A stretch of 64,000 nucleotides of DNA from Candidatus Woesebacteria bacterium (GTDB lineage Bacteria > Patescibacteriota > Microgenomatia > UBA8517). Position numbers and translations under genes: made by a program. This document shows positions 9,430 through 18,960 of this stretch, one piece after another; within the stretch, counting starts at the first letter, position 1, and each line of letters begins with the position of its first letter. The stretch lies in NCBI GenBank assembly GCA_963784785.1, contig CAWASW010000015.1:2149-66148 (forward strand), in the 5' to 3' direction. A model generated the notes under the pieces. It saw only the letters and a program-made list of their open reading frames with translations. It was not told the origin of the DNA and searched no databases.

Positions 9430-9542
9430 ATCGCATTTGAAACAACTTTGTTATAATCTGTTTTTGGCAAACTAATGCAAAGACGAATAATTAATTTTGA
9501 AAATTGATAAGTTCTTTCGTATGTGTCATTTTTGTAATTCAT
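9426..9542 (-). pseudogene. Truncated four-helix-bundle (TIGR02436-like) gene remnant, 38 aa
   Basis: MNYKNDTYERTYQFSKLIIRLCISLPKTDYNKVVSNAI* aligns by eye to the N-terminus of 17836-18264 (DLEDRTFKYSKVCRDFIKKIPKD). Confidence 0.7.
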
Positions 9543-9555
9543 TTTGCATATCTAT

Positions 9556-9597
9556 TTTTCATACTTCATACTTCATACTTCATACTTCATACTTCTA
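9556..9597. repeat. Perfect heptamer array (TTCATAC)x5
   Basis: tttcatacttcatacttcatacttcatacttcatacttct. Confidence 0.95.
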
Positions 9598-9599
9598 AA

Positions 9600-10637
9600 T
9601 TATCTTCTTATTGATCCAGTCAATTGATAAATTGGCGTGATGATAGCAAGGGCTACAAAACCAACCACAAGACCAATCACAATAAGCATAATTGGTTCTA
9701 AAACAGTTGTTAAATTTTTGCTGAAATTATCAATTTCTTCTTCATAATAATCTCCAAGATATAAAAGTGAGTCATCTAACTTTCCAGTTTTTTCTCCAAC
9801 CTCAATCATCTTATAAACCAATGGAGGAAACTCTGAGTATCTTTTATCTGCCATAGCACTTGAGATATTACTTCCTTGAATAAGCGATGTACCAATCTTT
9901 ATTAAATCGTTCTTGAATCTTAAATTAGATAAAGTTTCCGCAGTTACAACAATTGCTTTAGATATTGGTACGCCACTCTTAATTAATACTCCAAAATTTC
10001 TTGAAAACTGTGCAAGTTCTGTATCTTTAATAAAATTTCCCATCAAAGGAAATTTGAGTATCAATGAATGCCAGCTAGGTTTAATAAATGGTAATCTAAT
10101 AAATGCTTGGAATAATGCAACTATTCCAATAAATCCTAGAACGATTAGTACTCCATAATTTTTAAATGCATTAGCTACAAACAATAAAACTCTAGTTGCA
10201 AATGGTAAAGCTATCTCAAATGCATCGAAAAAATTAACAAGTTGTGGCAGAACAAAAAGAGCTATAAACCCGCCCATCACAGTAACTGCTACAAAAATGA
10301 TTGTAGGATATAACATTGCAGTTTGGATTTTTTTCTTTAAGGAATAATTCTTTGCAAGCTGTTTTGATATAAACTCTAAATTTTCATCAAGTGAGCCAGA
10401 CGCTTCGCTAACCTCTATCAAACTTACAAAAAATTTGTCAAAAACCTTTGGGAATTTGGCAAGTGATTTTGCCAAAGGCTGACCATTATCAACATCAGCC
10501 AAAATAGAATTTAATATTTTTTTAAACTTTTCAGACTTAGTTTGCATGGCCAGAGTCGAGAGAGCCTCAGAAATAGGAATTCCAGCCTTAATCATTGTTG
10601 CTAGATGTCTTGTAAATAGTAATATCTCTAGTTGCAT
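9600..10637 (-). CDS. pilC: Type IV pilus platform protein PilC/GspF
   Basis: FTRHLATMIKAGIP, AMLYP, VGEKTGKLD, LEPIMLIVIG. Confidence 0.93.
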   Translation of the reverse strand: MQLEILLFTRHLATMIKAGIPISEALSTLAMQTKSEKFKKILNSILADVDNGQPLAKSLAKFPKVFDKFFVSLIEVSEASGSLDENLEFISKQLAKNYSLKKKIQTAMLYPTIIFVAVTVMGGFIALFVLPQLVNFFDAFEIALPFATRVLLFVANAFKNYGVLIVLGFIGIVALFQAFIRLPFIKPSWHSLILKFPLMGNFIKDTELAQFSRNFGVLIKSGVPISKAIVVTAETLSNLRFKNDLIKIGTSLIQGSNISSAMADKRYSEFPPLVYKMIEVGEKTGKLDDSLLYLGDYYEEEIDNFSKNLTTVLEPIMLIVIGLVVGFVALAIITPIYQLTGSIRR

Positions 10638-10641
10638 AGTT

Positions 10642-12285
10642 TTATTCAGTAGTTACTCTTAACAATTCTTCTATCGTTGTTAATCCTTGTTTAACTTTTT
10701 CGAGTCCGTCTTCAAGCATTGTTCTCATACCAGATTTAATTGTAATCTTTTTCAATTCCTCAGCATTTTTCTTTAATGTAACTGCAGTATTCAATTCATC
10801 AGTCATTACCAAAACTTCAAATATGCCAATACGACCAAGATATCCAGAATTATGACAAACTGAACATCCTTTTCCTTTATAACAAAGCATCTTTTTGCCT
10901 TCATACAAAACTTCACTAGAAACCTTGCATTTCACACAAATTTTTCTAACAAGTCTTTGTGCCAAAACAACATTTACAGTTGAAGCAATTAAATATGGTT
11001 CTACCCCCATATCAATAAGTCTTGGAAAAGCAGTAACTGCATCGTTAGTATGAAGCGTCGAAAGAACTAAATGCCCTGTCATTGCGCTGTTTATTGCAAT
11101 ATCTGCAGTTTCATTATCTCTAATTTCACCGACCAATATAACATCTGGATCTTGTCTGACAATTGATCTTAGTCCTTTAGCAAAGGTTAATTCAGTTTTT
11201 TGATTAACTTGAATTTGATTGATATTGTCTATTTGGTATTCTACAGGGTCTTCAATTGTCATTATGTTAATTTCCCTTTTGTTTATAAGCTTTAAAATTG
11301 CATAAAGTGTAGTAGATTTTCCTGATCCTGTTGGACCTGTCGAAAGTATCATCCCATGTGGCAAATGATATGCAGCTGTAACTTTCTGCAGGTCATCTCC
11401 AGATAAACCTAAGTCAGCAAGAGAAAATTGTCTTGATTTTTCAGATAATAATCTCATAACTATAGTTTCACCCCTAGTGATGGGAGCTATCGACACACGA
11501 ATATCCAAATCTTCTACTCTACCCGCAGCTGAGTCAGTTTTAAAACTAATTTTTCCATCCTGAGTCTCCTGATGCTCATCGGTCCTTAAATTTGCCATAA
11601 CTTTGATTCTTGTAACTATCTGGCTCGACAAATCAATTGGTAGCTTTATTGTGTCATGCAAAATCCCATCTATTCTAAATCTGACCAATGTATTTTCTTT
11701 TAAAGGCTCAATATGTATGTCAGAAGCTCCATTTTGGTATGCATAATTAATAACTGTATCAACAATTTTTATAATAGGTGGTTCTAGATTCTTATTTAAC
11801 TTAACAGCCTTGACATTTTCTGCAATTATTTCATCAAAAGCTTTCGTTATATTCTTGGAATAAAGATTAAAAGCACTTTCAACATTATTGGTGGAGGTGT
11901 AATAAACAGCTATTGGTAAAGAAGTTTTTTTGCTTAAAAAATTAAATATTAATTTATTTGTTGGATTAGTGGTAGCAACACTTAGGCCTTTAGCGTCTTT
12001 CTTGAATGCAATAATATTTTGTGCTTTTGCTACTGTCTCTGGAATTATATGAAGAATTTCATCAGGAATACTTACTTCCAAGAGATTGACATAAGGAACA
12101 GAAATTAAATCACCAATTATTTTACCAAGATTTTGATCACTTATTAAATCTTTATTGTATAGTACTTCACCAAGTTCAGCACCTCTCTCGTTACTTTCTG
12201 ATAAAGACAATTTGAGAATCTCTTCATCAATTATTTGAAGTTCAACTAGAACATTATATAAATCTTCATTTTTGTAGGCAGACAT
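10642..12285 (-). CDS. pilB: Type IV pilus assembly ATPase PilB/GspE
   Basis: ASDIHIEP, Walker A GPTGSGKST, RQDPDVILVGEIRD, STLHTND, tetracysteine Zn motif. Confidence 0.95.
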   Translation of the reverse strand: MSAYKNEDLYNVLVELQIIDEEILKLSLSESNERGAELGEVLYNKDLISDQNLGKIIGDLISVPYVNLLEVSIPDEILHIIPETVAKAQNIIAFKKDAKGLSVATTNPTNKLIFNFLSKKTSLPIAVYYTSTNNVESAFNLYSKNITKAFDEIIAENVKAVKLNKNLEPPIIKIVDTVINYAYQNGASDIHIEPLKENTLVRFRIDGILHDTIKLPIDLSSQIVTRIKVMANLRTDEHQETQDGKISFKTDSAAGRVEDLDIRVSIAPITRGETIVMRLLSEKSRQFSLADLGLSGDDLQKVTAAYHLPHGMILSTGPTGSGKSTTLYAILKLINKREINIMTIEDPVEYQIDNINQIQVNQKTELTFAKGLRSIVRQDPDVILVGEIRDNETADIAINSAMTGHLVLSTLHTNDAVTAFPRLIDMGVEPYLIASTVNVVLAQRLVRKICVKCKVSSEVLYEGKKMLCYKGKGCSVCHNSGYLGRIGIFEVLVMTDELNTAVTLKKNAEELKKITIKSGMRTMLEDGLEKVKQGLTTIEELLRVTTE

Positions 12286-12291
12286 TATTTT

Positions 12292-12663
12292 TTATTTGAG
12301 ATATTTTAAAATCTTTTGTTTAACCAACTCTAGTGTTGTATCAGATTTTACCAAATATTCATTGGCTCCAATTTTTTTGGACACTTCCATTTCAGAATCT
12401 AAATTTGTCAAAACAATTATTGGAATTTCCGCTGTTTCCGGTTGCCTTTTCAATTCCTCTAACAAATCAAACCCATTTTCACCACCAGGAAGTATTATAT
12501 CCAGCAATATTAAATCAGGTACATGTTTCAACACCGAAGATCTAGCTGATACAACGTTTGTTTCAACAATAATTTCAGCTCCTAATGATTCTAGTTTAGA
12601 TTTTAAAGCTCCTGACAAGCTCTTCTCGTCTTCTACTATTAAAATTATTTTTTTTGTATCCAT
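12292..12663 (-). CDS. Single-domain response regulator
   Basis: IVEDE...LLDIILP...VLTNL...YLVK receiver motifs, no output domain. Confidence 0.9.
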   Translation of the reverse strand: MDTKKIILIVEDEKSLSGALKSKLESLGAEIIVETNVVSARSSVLKHVPDLILLDIILPGGENGFDLLEELKRQPETAEIPIIVLTNLDSEMEVSKKIGANEYLVKSDTTLELVKQKILKYLK

Positions 12664-12664
12664 T

Positions 12665-13024
12665 TTATTTAAGATAAGACAACACCTTGTTGGCAATATC
12701 AGCAATTGCATTATCGGATTTAACTAGAAAATCAATTGCTCCCAATTCTTTTGCTTTCTTTACATCCTCAGATTGGCTTAAGTTGGAAGTTATAATTATT
12801 TTGGTTTTAACTTTCTTACTAGCAATACTTGATAAAACTGTCCAGCCATCGATGATAGGCATCATTATGTCGAGAAGCGCCAAATCATAATTACCAGTTT
12901 CTAGTTCTTTTAAGCCCTGTTGTCCATCAAATACAGCCTTTGCATCAAGTCCAACCTTTTTTAATTTTATCTCAAGAGCCATTGCCATTGGTCTTTCATC
13001 CTCAATTATTAATACCTTCTTCAT
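12665..13024 (-). CDS. Single-domain response regulator
   Basis: IIEDE...LLDIMMP...ITSNL...FLVK. Confidence 0.92.
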   Translation of the reverse strand: MKKVLIIEDERPMAMALEIKLKKVGLDAKAVFDGQQGLKELETGNYDLALLDIMMPIIDGWTVLSSIASKKVKTKIIITSNLSQSEDVKKAKELGAIDFLVKSDNAIADIANKVLSYLK

Positions 13025-13045
13025 ATGATTATAAATATATCACAA

Positions 13046-15268
13046 TTATGATAATTGTTTAGTACCTTCTTTGGCTACCATCCCAGCTAACGGTAATGTT
13101 ACATAAAAAGTACTACCAATATTTTCAGTAGACTCAAACCATATTTTTCCTTTACTTCTCTCAATTAATCCTTTAATTAAATAAAGACCGAGTCCAGTTC
13201 CTTCAGTATCGGTCTTCTTGACGTTATCAGCTCTAAATAATTTAGTAAAAATTTTATCTTTTTGGGTTTCTGGAATCCCTAAACCATCGTCCTTCACACT
13301 TATCACTAATTTATTTGTATCTTTTTTAATATTTAAACCAATATCTACTTTGCCACCAATTTTAGTATATTTAACCGCATTAGTTATAAGGTTTTGGAAT
13401 ATAATATTAGTCAAATTAGGATCGAGTGAAATTGTAGGAATATTGTCCTTACTCAAATTAATAATTAATTTTTTAGCTTCAATTTTTGGCTTAAGGTCAA
13501 AAATTACAGAATCAAGTAATTTCGACACGTCAGTTGGAACAGGTTCTATCATATAAGAGTTACTTTCAATTCTTGATACATTTAATAAGGCATTTACTAG
13601 TGATACCATTCGCTGGCTCCCTGCATATGCTTCTTCTAGAAATTTTCTTTGTTCTTTATTTATTTTTCCGGCATCTTCCGATAAAAGCATCTCAACATAC
13701 CAATTAATTGTTGAGAGCGGAGTTCTCAACTGATGGGAGGCAAGAGAAATAAATTCAGTTTTTGCATTATCAATTTCTTTTTCCTTTGTAATATCACGTT
13801 CAATGCCAACAAAGAAGATTATTTCATTGTTGTTATTTAATATTGGAGAAATATTTATCATTGCCTGGTACTTTTCTCCGCCTTTTCTAACATTTGTTAT
13901 TTCACTGATAAAAACTTTCTTATCTGTTTTTATAGTCTTCCACATATTCTCGTAATATTCTTTACCCATTGGAGTACTCCATAATTTTCCGGCTTTCTTT
14001 CCAATTGATTCCTCAGGTTCATAACCTGTAATTCTTTTAATAGCTTTATTTCCATAGAGAACAATGCCCTCACTATCAGTGATAACAACTTGATCAGATA
14101 CATTTTCGACAGCAAGTTTAAATTTCTCCAATTCCTCCGCCGAATTTTCAGTATCTTCTAATATATTTAAAATTGCTGTTTTTTGATCATCCAATTCTCT
14201 AGTTTGTTCAAGAACTCTTATTTCAATATCTTCATTCGTCTTCTTGACGACATCAGTCATCTGGTCAAATGTTCTTGAAAGCTCTCCTATTTCATCTTTG
14301 GATTTAGAATTAAGTTTAATAGTGTAATTACCACCAATTATATTTCTTGCACCGTTAATCAGATTGTTAATTGGATTTACAATTTTCTTTGATAAGAAAT
14401 AGCCAACAACAAGAAATAACGCAAGTGAGGCGAAAATTGATATTGTCGCAATTATTACAATTTGATAATTTTGATCTAAAATTTCTGAATAATCGATTTT
14501 ACTTATAAGACACCAGTTGACATCATTCAAATAAGCATGCGACCCAATGATAGGAGCATTTCGATAATCAAAATATTTTTTGGCTATATGTTCTGTATTG
14601 TCATTACTAAAACACTCATCGACATTTTGTGTTTGCACTTTTTTATTCAACACAACAGTGCTACCTAGGTATCTTGATGGGCTAATAAAATATCTATCTT
14701 TATTTACCAAAAAGCTTTCACCGGAATCGCCAAGTGATATCTTGCTCTCAACTATAGAATATAAATTATCAGGCTCCATTCTTGCCACTATCACTCCTTT
14801 TAATTTATTAGTTGATCCATCGATAACTGGAGCTGACACAGAGTACGTGTTTTTATTGAAAATATCAGAAAAATGAAAGTCACTTACATAAGTTCTCTTT
14901 TGCCCTTCAACAAAATATGACTCAGAAGTTTTGTCCGAACCCTCCTGAGTCTGATCACTAGATAACAAGACCTTTCCGTCTAATCCTATTAAATACAATT
15001 CATTAATCTGACTAACATTTTTTTTAGCTTCCTCTATTTCCTTTCTTGTCATATTGTAATCTGAGGCAAGAGCCTGTATCACTTCTCTTTCGCTATTTAA
15101 AAAAGTTGATATATGTTCAGATTTAATTTTATTTACACTCTCAATCTGTTTATAGGCCTGATTGTCAAGAATTTTTATCACTTGCTGACTTATTGCGAAG
15201 AAAGACAGTAGTGACGTTACCAAAAAAGCTACTGCAAAATACAAATTAATCTTTGTATTAATTTTCAT
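13046..15268 (-). CDS. Sensor histidine kinase (TM-Cache-TM-HAMP-PAS-HisKA-HATPase)
   Basis: H-box ASHQLRTPLS, N-box NLITNAVKYT, G-boxes DDGLGIP and GTGLGL. Confidence 0.95.
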   Translation of the reverse strand: MKINTKINLYFAVAFLVTSLLSFFAISQQVIKILDNQAYKQIESVNKIKSEHISTFLNSEREVIQALASDYNMTRKEIEEAKKNVSQINELYLIGLDGKVLLSSDQTQEGSDKTSESYFVEGQKRTYVSDFHFSDIFNKNTYSVSAPVIDGSTNKLKGVIVARMEPDNLYSIVESKISLGDSGESFLVNKDRYFISPSRYLGSTVVLNKKVQTQNVDECFSNDNTEHIAKKYFDYRNAPIIGSHAYLNDVNWCLISKIDYSEILDQNYQIVIIATISIFASLALFLVVGYFLSKKIVNPINNLINGARNIIGGNYTIKLNSKSKDEIGELSRTFDQMTDVVKKTNEDIEIRVLEQTRELDDQKTAILNILEDTENSAEELEKFKLAVENVSDQVVITDSEGIVLYGNKAIKRITGYEPEESIGKKAGKLWSTPMGKEYYENMWKTIKTDKKVFISEITNVRKGGEKYQAMINISPILNNNNEIIFFVGIERDITKEKEIDNAKTEFISLASHQLRTPLSTINWYVEMLLSEDAGKINKEQRKFLEEAYAGSQRMVSLVNALLNVSRIESNSYMIEPVPTDVSKLLDSVIFDLKPKIEAKKLIINLSKDNIPTISLDPNLTNIIFQNLITNAVKYTKIGGKVDIGLNIKKDTNKLVISVKDDGLGIPETQKDKIFTKLFRADNVKKTDTEGTGLGLYLIKGLIERSKGKIWFESTENIGSTFYVTLPLAGMVAKEGTKQLS

Positions 15269-16490
15269 ACTTTTTAATCCTCTCTTTTAATTCCATCATT
15301 TTTAATTCTCTGCCAACCATTAAATCATTAATTTTTTTCAAATCTCTAGTTCTTTCATTAACTTTTGTCTCCAGATCTTGATTTGAAATGTTTACGGATT
15401 TAATCATTCCATTTAAGGATTCTGCAAGTTCTTGGAACTCGTCATTAGAATTTATATTAATTTCTCCAACTAATACCTTATTCTTAATATCATCAGAAGC
15501 TTTTTTCAGGATGTTCAGGGGATCAAGAATTCTTCTTATAATAATTGTTATAAGTAAAGCGGCAAATAATGCGGAAGCCAAAACAATTATCGAGAGTAAG
15601 ATGGAAGACCTCAATGATTGGTTCAAAATATTATCAGTTAGAATCTCGCCCACGACATAAAATGGATAACCGTGAACTACTGCCATTGTAACCATTTCTT
15701 TTTCATCTCCATCTTCTTTATCTGTGATATCCAAAGAAATTGAATCTACTAAACCTATTTGGTTCTGTATCTCTTGATAACCTAGAGCATTGATCTCAAC
15801 ATCAGCATATCTTTTAGTAGCAAATATTTCTTGTTTCGTAGAATCAGATAACTTACCAAGACTCTTATAAACACGTGTTTGGTCACTTGATATGACAACA
15901 ACTCCATAGTTATCAACTAATGATAACGATTTAAATAAATTTGTATGCTCAAGCAGAGTGCGGCCAACGATTTCGGGTTTCAATTTTACAACAGCTACAC
16001 CAACTGTGATTCCGTCAGTCGATTTAATTGGTGAAGAGAAATAATAACCTAGCAATCCGCTTGTTGAGCCAATGGAGACATCAGTGTAATTATCACCTCC
16101 TATTGACCTCTTAAAATAATCTCTAAATGCATAATTTTTACCAACGAACGTTGGGTCTGTTGAAACTACAGCCTCACCCTTTATATCAATTAAATAAATT
16201 GCGGAGTAATTATTGTTAATATTGTATGAATTGAGCAAATCAAGTACATCATTCTTATGAACAAAGTAATCTCTAACCATTTGTTGATTAGAAATAGTCA
16301 AAACAAGTTCGCTTGACATATTAAATATCTGCCTTATGTCATGAGTTTGAGATATTAAGTTTGATGTTAGGTCTTCTTTTTTGTTGTCCACCAATGTCTT
16401 TTGGGTTATGTAAAAGACTATACCAGTTGCAATTGCACCAAAAAAGAATATCAACAAAACTATTGATGTTATTATTTTTTTACTTATCAT
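15258..16490 (-). CDS. Cache-HAMP membrane sensor lacking a kinase domain
   Basis: GKNYAFRDYF Cache motif, HAMP NDEFQELAESLN; ends ...LMVGRELKMMELKERI. Confidence 0.8.
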   Translation of the reverse strand: MISKKIITSIVLLIFFFGAIATGIVFYITQKTLVDNKKEDLTSNLISQTHDIRQIFNMSSELVLTISNQQMVRDYFVHKNDVLDLLNSYNINNNYSAIYLIDIKGEAVVSTDPTFVGKNYAFRDYFKRSIGGDNYTDVSIGSTSGLLGYYFSSPIKSTDGITVGVAVVKLKPEIVGRTLLEHTNLFKSLSLVDNYGVVVISSDQTRVYKSLGKLSDSTKQEIFATKRYADVEINALGYQEIQNQIGLVDSISLDITDKEDGDEKEMVTMAVVHGYPFYVVGEILTDNILNQSLRSSILLSIIVLASALFAALLITIIIRRILDPLNILKKASDDIKNKVLVGEININSNDEFQELAESLNGMIKSVNISNQDLETKVNERTRDLKKINDLMVGRELKMMELKERIKKYEN

Positions 16491-17536
16491 AAATTTTTCA
16501 ATCTCTCAATTTCTTTCTTTAGTTTTACCATTTCTAGTTCTCTGCCAACCATTAGTTTATTTATTTTTTCAGATTGATTCAACGCTCTTTGTGTTATCTC
16601 TTCAGATTTTTTTACAATCTCTAGATTATGTTTTCGATCTGTTATGTCTCGGATTATTGCCAATTTATGTTCTCGACTATTAATTAAAATGTTTGTTATA
16701 GAATATTCAATTACAATTTCTGCACCATTTATTTTTTTGAATGATAATTCAACAAGTTTATCTGCTATCGAAAAATCGATTTCATTGAATTCTTTTCCTA
16801 GTATATTTTTTTCAGGAATTCCAAACATTTCTTCAGCAATCTGATTCCAAAAAATCACCATATTCTTTTCATTTTTAATAATTACAGCATCTTTAACGGA
16901 GGCAGAAAACGCTCTGAACTTAGCTTCATTTTCTTTAGTTTTTGCGTTATTATTAACGATTAAATTTATAGAAAAAAATAAACCCATCAATATGGCCAAT
17001 ATTATTGAATTTTTACTAACACTTGTTACCCAATTTTTATTCCATACTTTCACAGGATAATCTATACCAAAAACTGCAATTATCTCACCGCTTTTGGATC
17101 TTACTGGAATAAAAACACTAATCCATGTTCCCCATCTATCAGTGGTCGGTTTTGTAATTAAATCTTTACCATCTAAAAATGGCTGAAAGCAACCTTTACT
17201 AGCTTCTGTAAATTCCTGTCCAGAAGGTGAATAATCAGGGGAATCTGGACTCTCAGAATCGGCGATAAAATATATTTTGTCATCTTTCTTTTCAAAAAAG
17301 TATGCAAATCTTATATCTTTATTTATATCAACGACTTTGTACAAATTCTCTTTAATTTCATCGTTTGTTTGATTCTTTAAGTCAAATGATACCAATGAAG
17401 TCTTTGATATATTTAGTGCCTGATTTGAAGTTTCCTTAACACTATAATTCCATTCAATCAAAATAAAAATTATTCCGAGAGCAAATGTAAATATTGTAGC
17501 TAATAACAGAATAATTTTCGATTTAATTATTGGCAT
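16487..17536 (-). CDS. Membrane sensor with PAS domain, lacking a kinase domain
   Basis: TDRWGTWISVFIP sensor motif, PAS ending IIRDITDRK; ends ...LMVGRELEMVKLKKEI. Confidence 0.8.
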   Translation of the reverse strand: MPIIKSKIILLLATIFTFALGIIFILIEWNYSVKETSNQALNISKTSLVSFDLKNQTNDEIKENLYKVVDINKDIRFAYFFEKKDDKIYFIADSESPDSPDYSPSGQEFTEASKGCFQPFLDGKDLITKPTTDRWGTWISVFIPVRSKSGEIIAVFGIDYPVKVWNKNWVTSVSKNSIILAILMGLFFSINLIVNNNAKTKENEAKFRAFSASVKDAVIIKNEKNMVIFWNQIAEEMFGIPEKNILGKEFNEIDFSIADKLVELSFKKINGAEIVIEYSITNILINSREHKLAIIRDITDRKHNLEIVKKSEEITQRALNQSEKINKLMVGRELEMVKLKKEIERLKNL

Positions 17537-17581
17537 TAAATAATAATAACATGTATTAAATATTATTTAACTAAGTAGTAT

Positions 17582-17758
17582 TTACTTTTCTTCAAATTGT
17601 TTCTTTAGAAGATCGAATACGTTTTTCTTTGTCTCTTCAATTGTCATTCCCCACTTAACAGCCATGTCTTCAAAGGAAGCGTCGGTTAAGGAAGCGCCTT
17701 TTGCATCAGGCTTACCCATATTGTCATCTGGAATTCCGCATCCGCAATTAAAACACAT
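17582..17758 (-). CDS. 58-aa CxxCxC small protein (not in the ORF track)
   Basis: MCFNCGCGIPDDNMGKPDAKGASLTDASFEDMAVKWGMTIEETKKNVFDLLKKQFEEK*; higher GC than its flanks. Confidence 0.75.
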   Translation of the reverse strand: MCFNCGCGIPDDNMGKPDAKGASLTDASFEDMAVKWGMTIEETKKNVFDLLKKQFEEK

Positions 17759-17835
17759 ATTTTTTTAAAAAATTAATTTACAAGTATCAAATATCAATTT
17801 AGCAAACAAATTATAATAAATAAATAGTCAAAATA

Positions 17836-18264
17836 CTAAACCTTCTCTTTATTTATAATTGCAGTAAATATTTTAATTAATTGTATTGATTCATCTTCAA
17901 TAAACTTCTGCACTTCTAACAACTCAGAGTTACTACCAATTTCACACAATCTTACCCACAATCTACTTTCTTTCGCTTCTTTTCTAGAAATTTTAATTCT
18001 ATGGTAAAAATCTTTTTTACTTATTGCTTCATTAGCCTCAATATAGTTTGCCGATACTGAACCTGAAGATCTTGCAAATTGTTTACCATATTCAATATTT
18101 GTAATATCTTTTGGAATCTTTTTGATAAAATCTCTACACACTTTTGAATATTTGAACGTACGATCTTCTAGGTCATAATGTTTTTGTGCTTGATCATTGG
18201 AGTTTGGATGTTTGATAATTAATATCCATGATATCATAAATATTATGGATATAGTTCTTGTCAA
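17836..18264 (-). CDS. Four-helix-bundle protein (TIGR02436 / IVS-protein family); true start probably ~18237 or later
   Basis: DLEDRT...QFARSSGSVSANYIEANEAISKKDFYHRIKISRKEAKESRLW family signature. Confidence 0.88.
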   Translation of the reverse strand: MTRTISIIFMISWILIIKHPNSNDQAQKHYDLEDRTFKYSKVCRDFIKKIPKDITNIEYGKQFARSSGSVSANYIEANEAISKKDFYHRIKISRKEAKESRLWVRLCEIGSNSELLEVQKFIEDESIQLIKIFTAIINKEKV

Positions 18265-18943
18265 GAAAACAATTGAGGCAAAAGGTACAAAATCATACTT
18301 TTTTAAACCTCAAGAAAAAGTTGATTGGCAGGCAGGACAATATATAGTTATAAAATTAAATGATTTAGAGAGACAATTTACTATTGCTTCATCCCCAACT
18401 GAAGGAAGCTTACTTCAAATTACAGTTAGAATAAAAGAAGGATCAGAATTTAAAAAGTTGCTAGATGAATTAGAAATTGGGACCGAGATCGAAGCCTCCG
18501 GCCCTTTTGGTAGTTTTGTTTTCCCCTATAACCTGTCACCTATAGCCTATCACCTCTTCCTCGCCGGTGGAATTGGAATTACACCTTTTAGATCAATGAT
18601 TAAATATAATATCGACCAAGAAATCAAAAATTCAACAGCAAAGCTGAGCCATATGTTTCTGATCTATTCAAATTCTGATTCAGAATTTGTGTTTAAAAAA
18701 GAGCTAGATCAATGGCAAAAAGAAAATGATTTTATCAAAGTTTATTATCACAATTCTTCTATCTCTGGTCATATTGATGAATTGGTAATTAAAAAATTGC
18801 TTGATCATTGGAATTTGGTTATTGATAATTTTGCTGCCTGGTCCGTAGGACCGAGGTTGTTTGTAAACTCAATGGAAGATATTCTAGAAGAATTGAAGGT
18901 TCCTCAGGATCATATAAAGTCAGAGAAATTCGGCGGATATTAG
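18245..18943 (+). CDS. Ferredoxin-NADP reductase-like FAD/NAD(P) oxidoreductase
   Basis: AGQY, RQFTIASSP, GPFGSF, LAGGIGITPFRSM, C-terminal EKFGGY. Confidence 0.9.
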   Translation: MDIVLVKKTIEAKGTKSYFFKPQEKVDWQAGQYIVIKLNDLERQFTIASSPTEGSLLQITVRIKEGSEFKKLLDELEIGTEIEASGPFGSFVFPYNLSPIAYHLFLAGGIGITPFRSMIKYNIDQEIKNSTAKLSHMFLIYSNSDSEFVFKKELDQWQKENDFIKVYYHNSSISGHIDELVIKKLLDHWNLVIDNFAAWSVGPRLFVNSMEDILEELKVPQDHIKSEKFGGY

Positions 18944-18960
18944 GCTATAATCCAACTATT

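Noticed and set aside
11512-11540. Possible short insert (DSAAGRVE) in pilB
   Set aside because: No clear palindrome or second copy; needs an alignment
4250-18264. Diversity-generating retroelement (Avd-like protein plus similar pilins)
   Set aside because: No reverse transcriptase in the window; pilin differences are mostly synonymous and not adenine-specific
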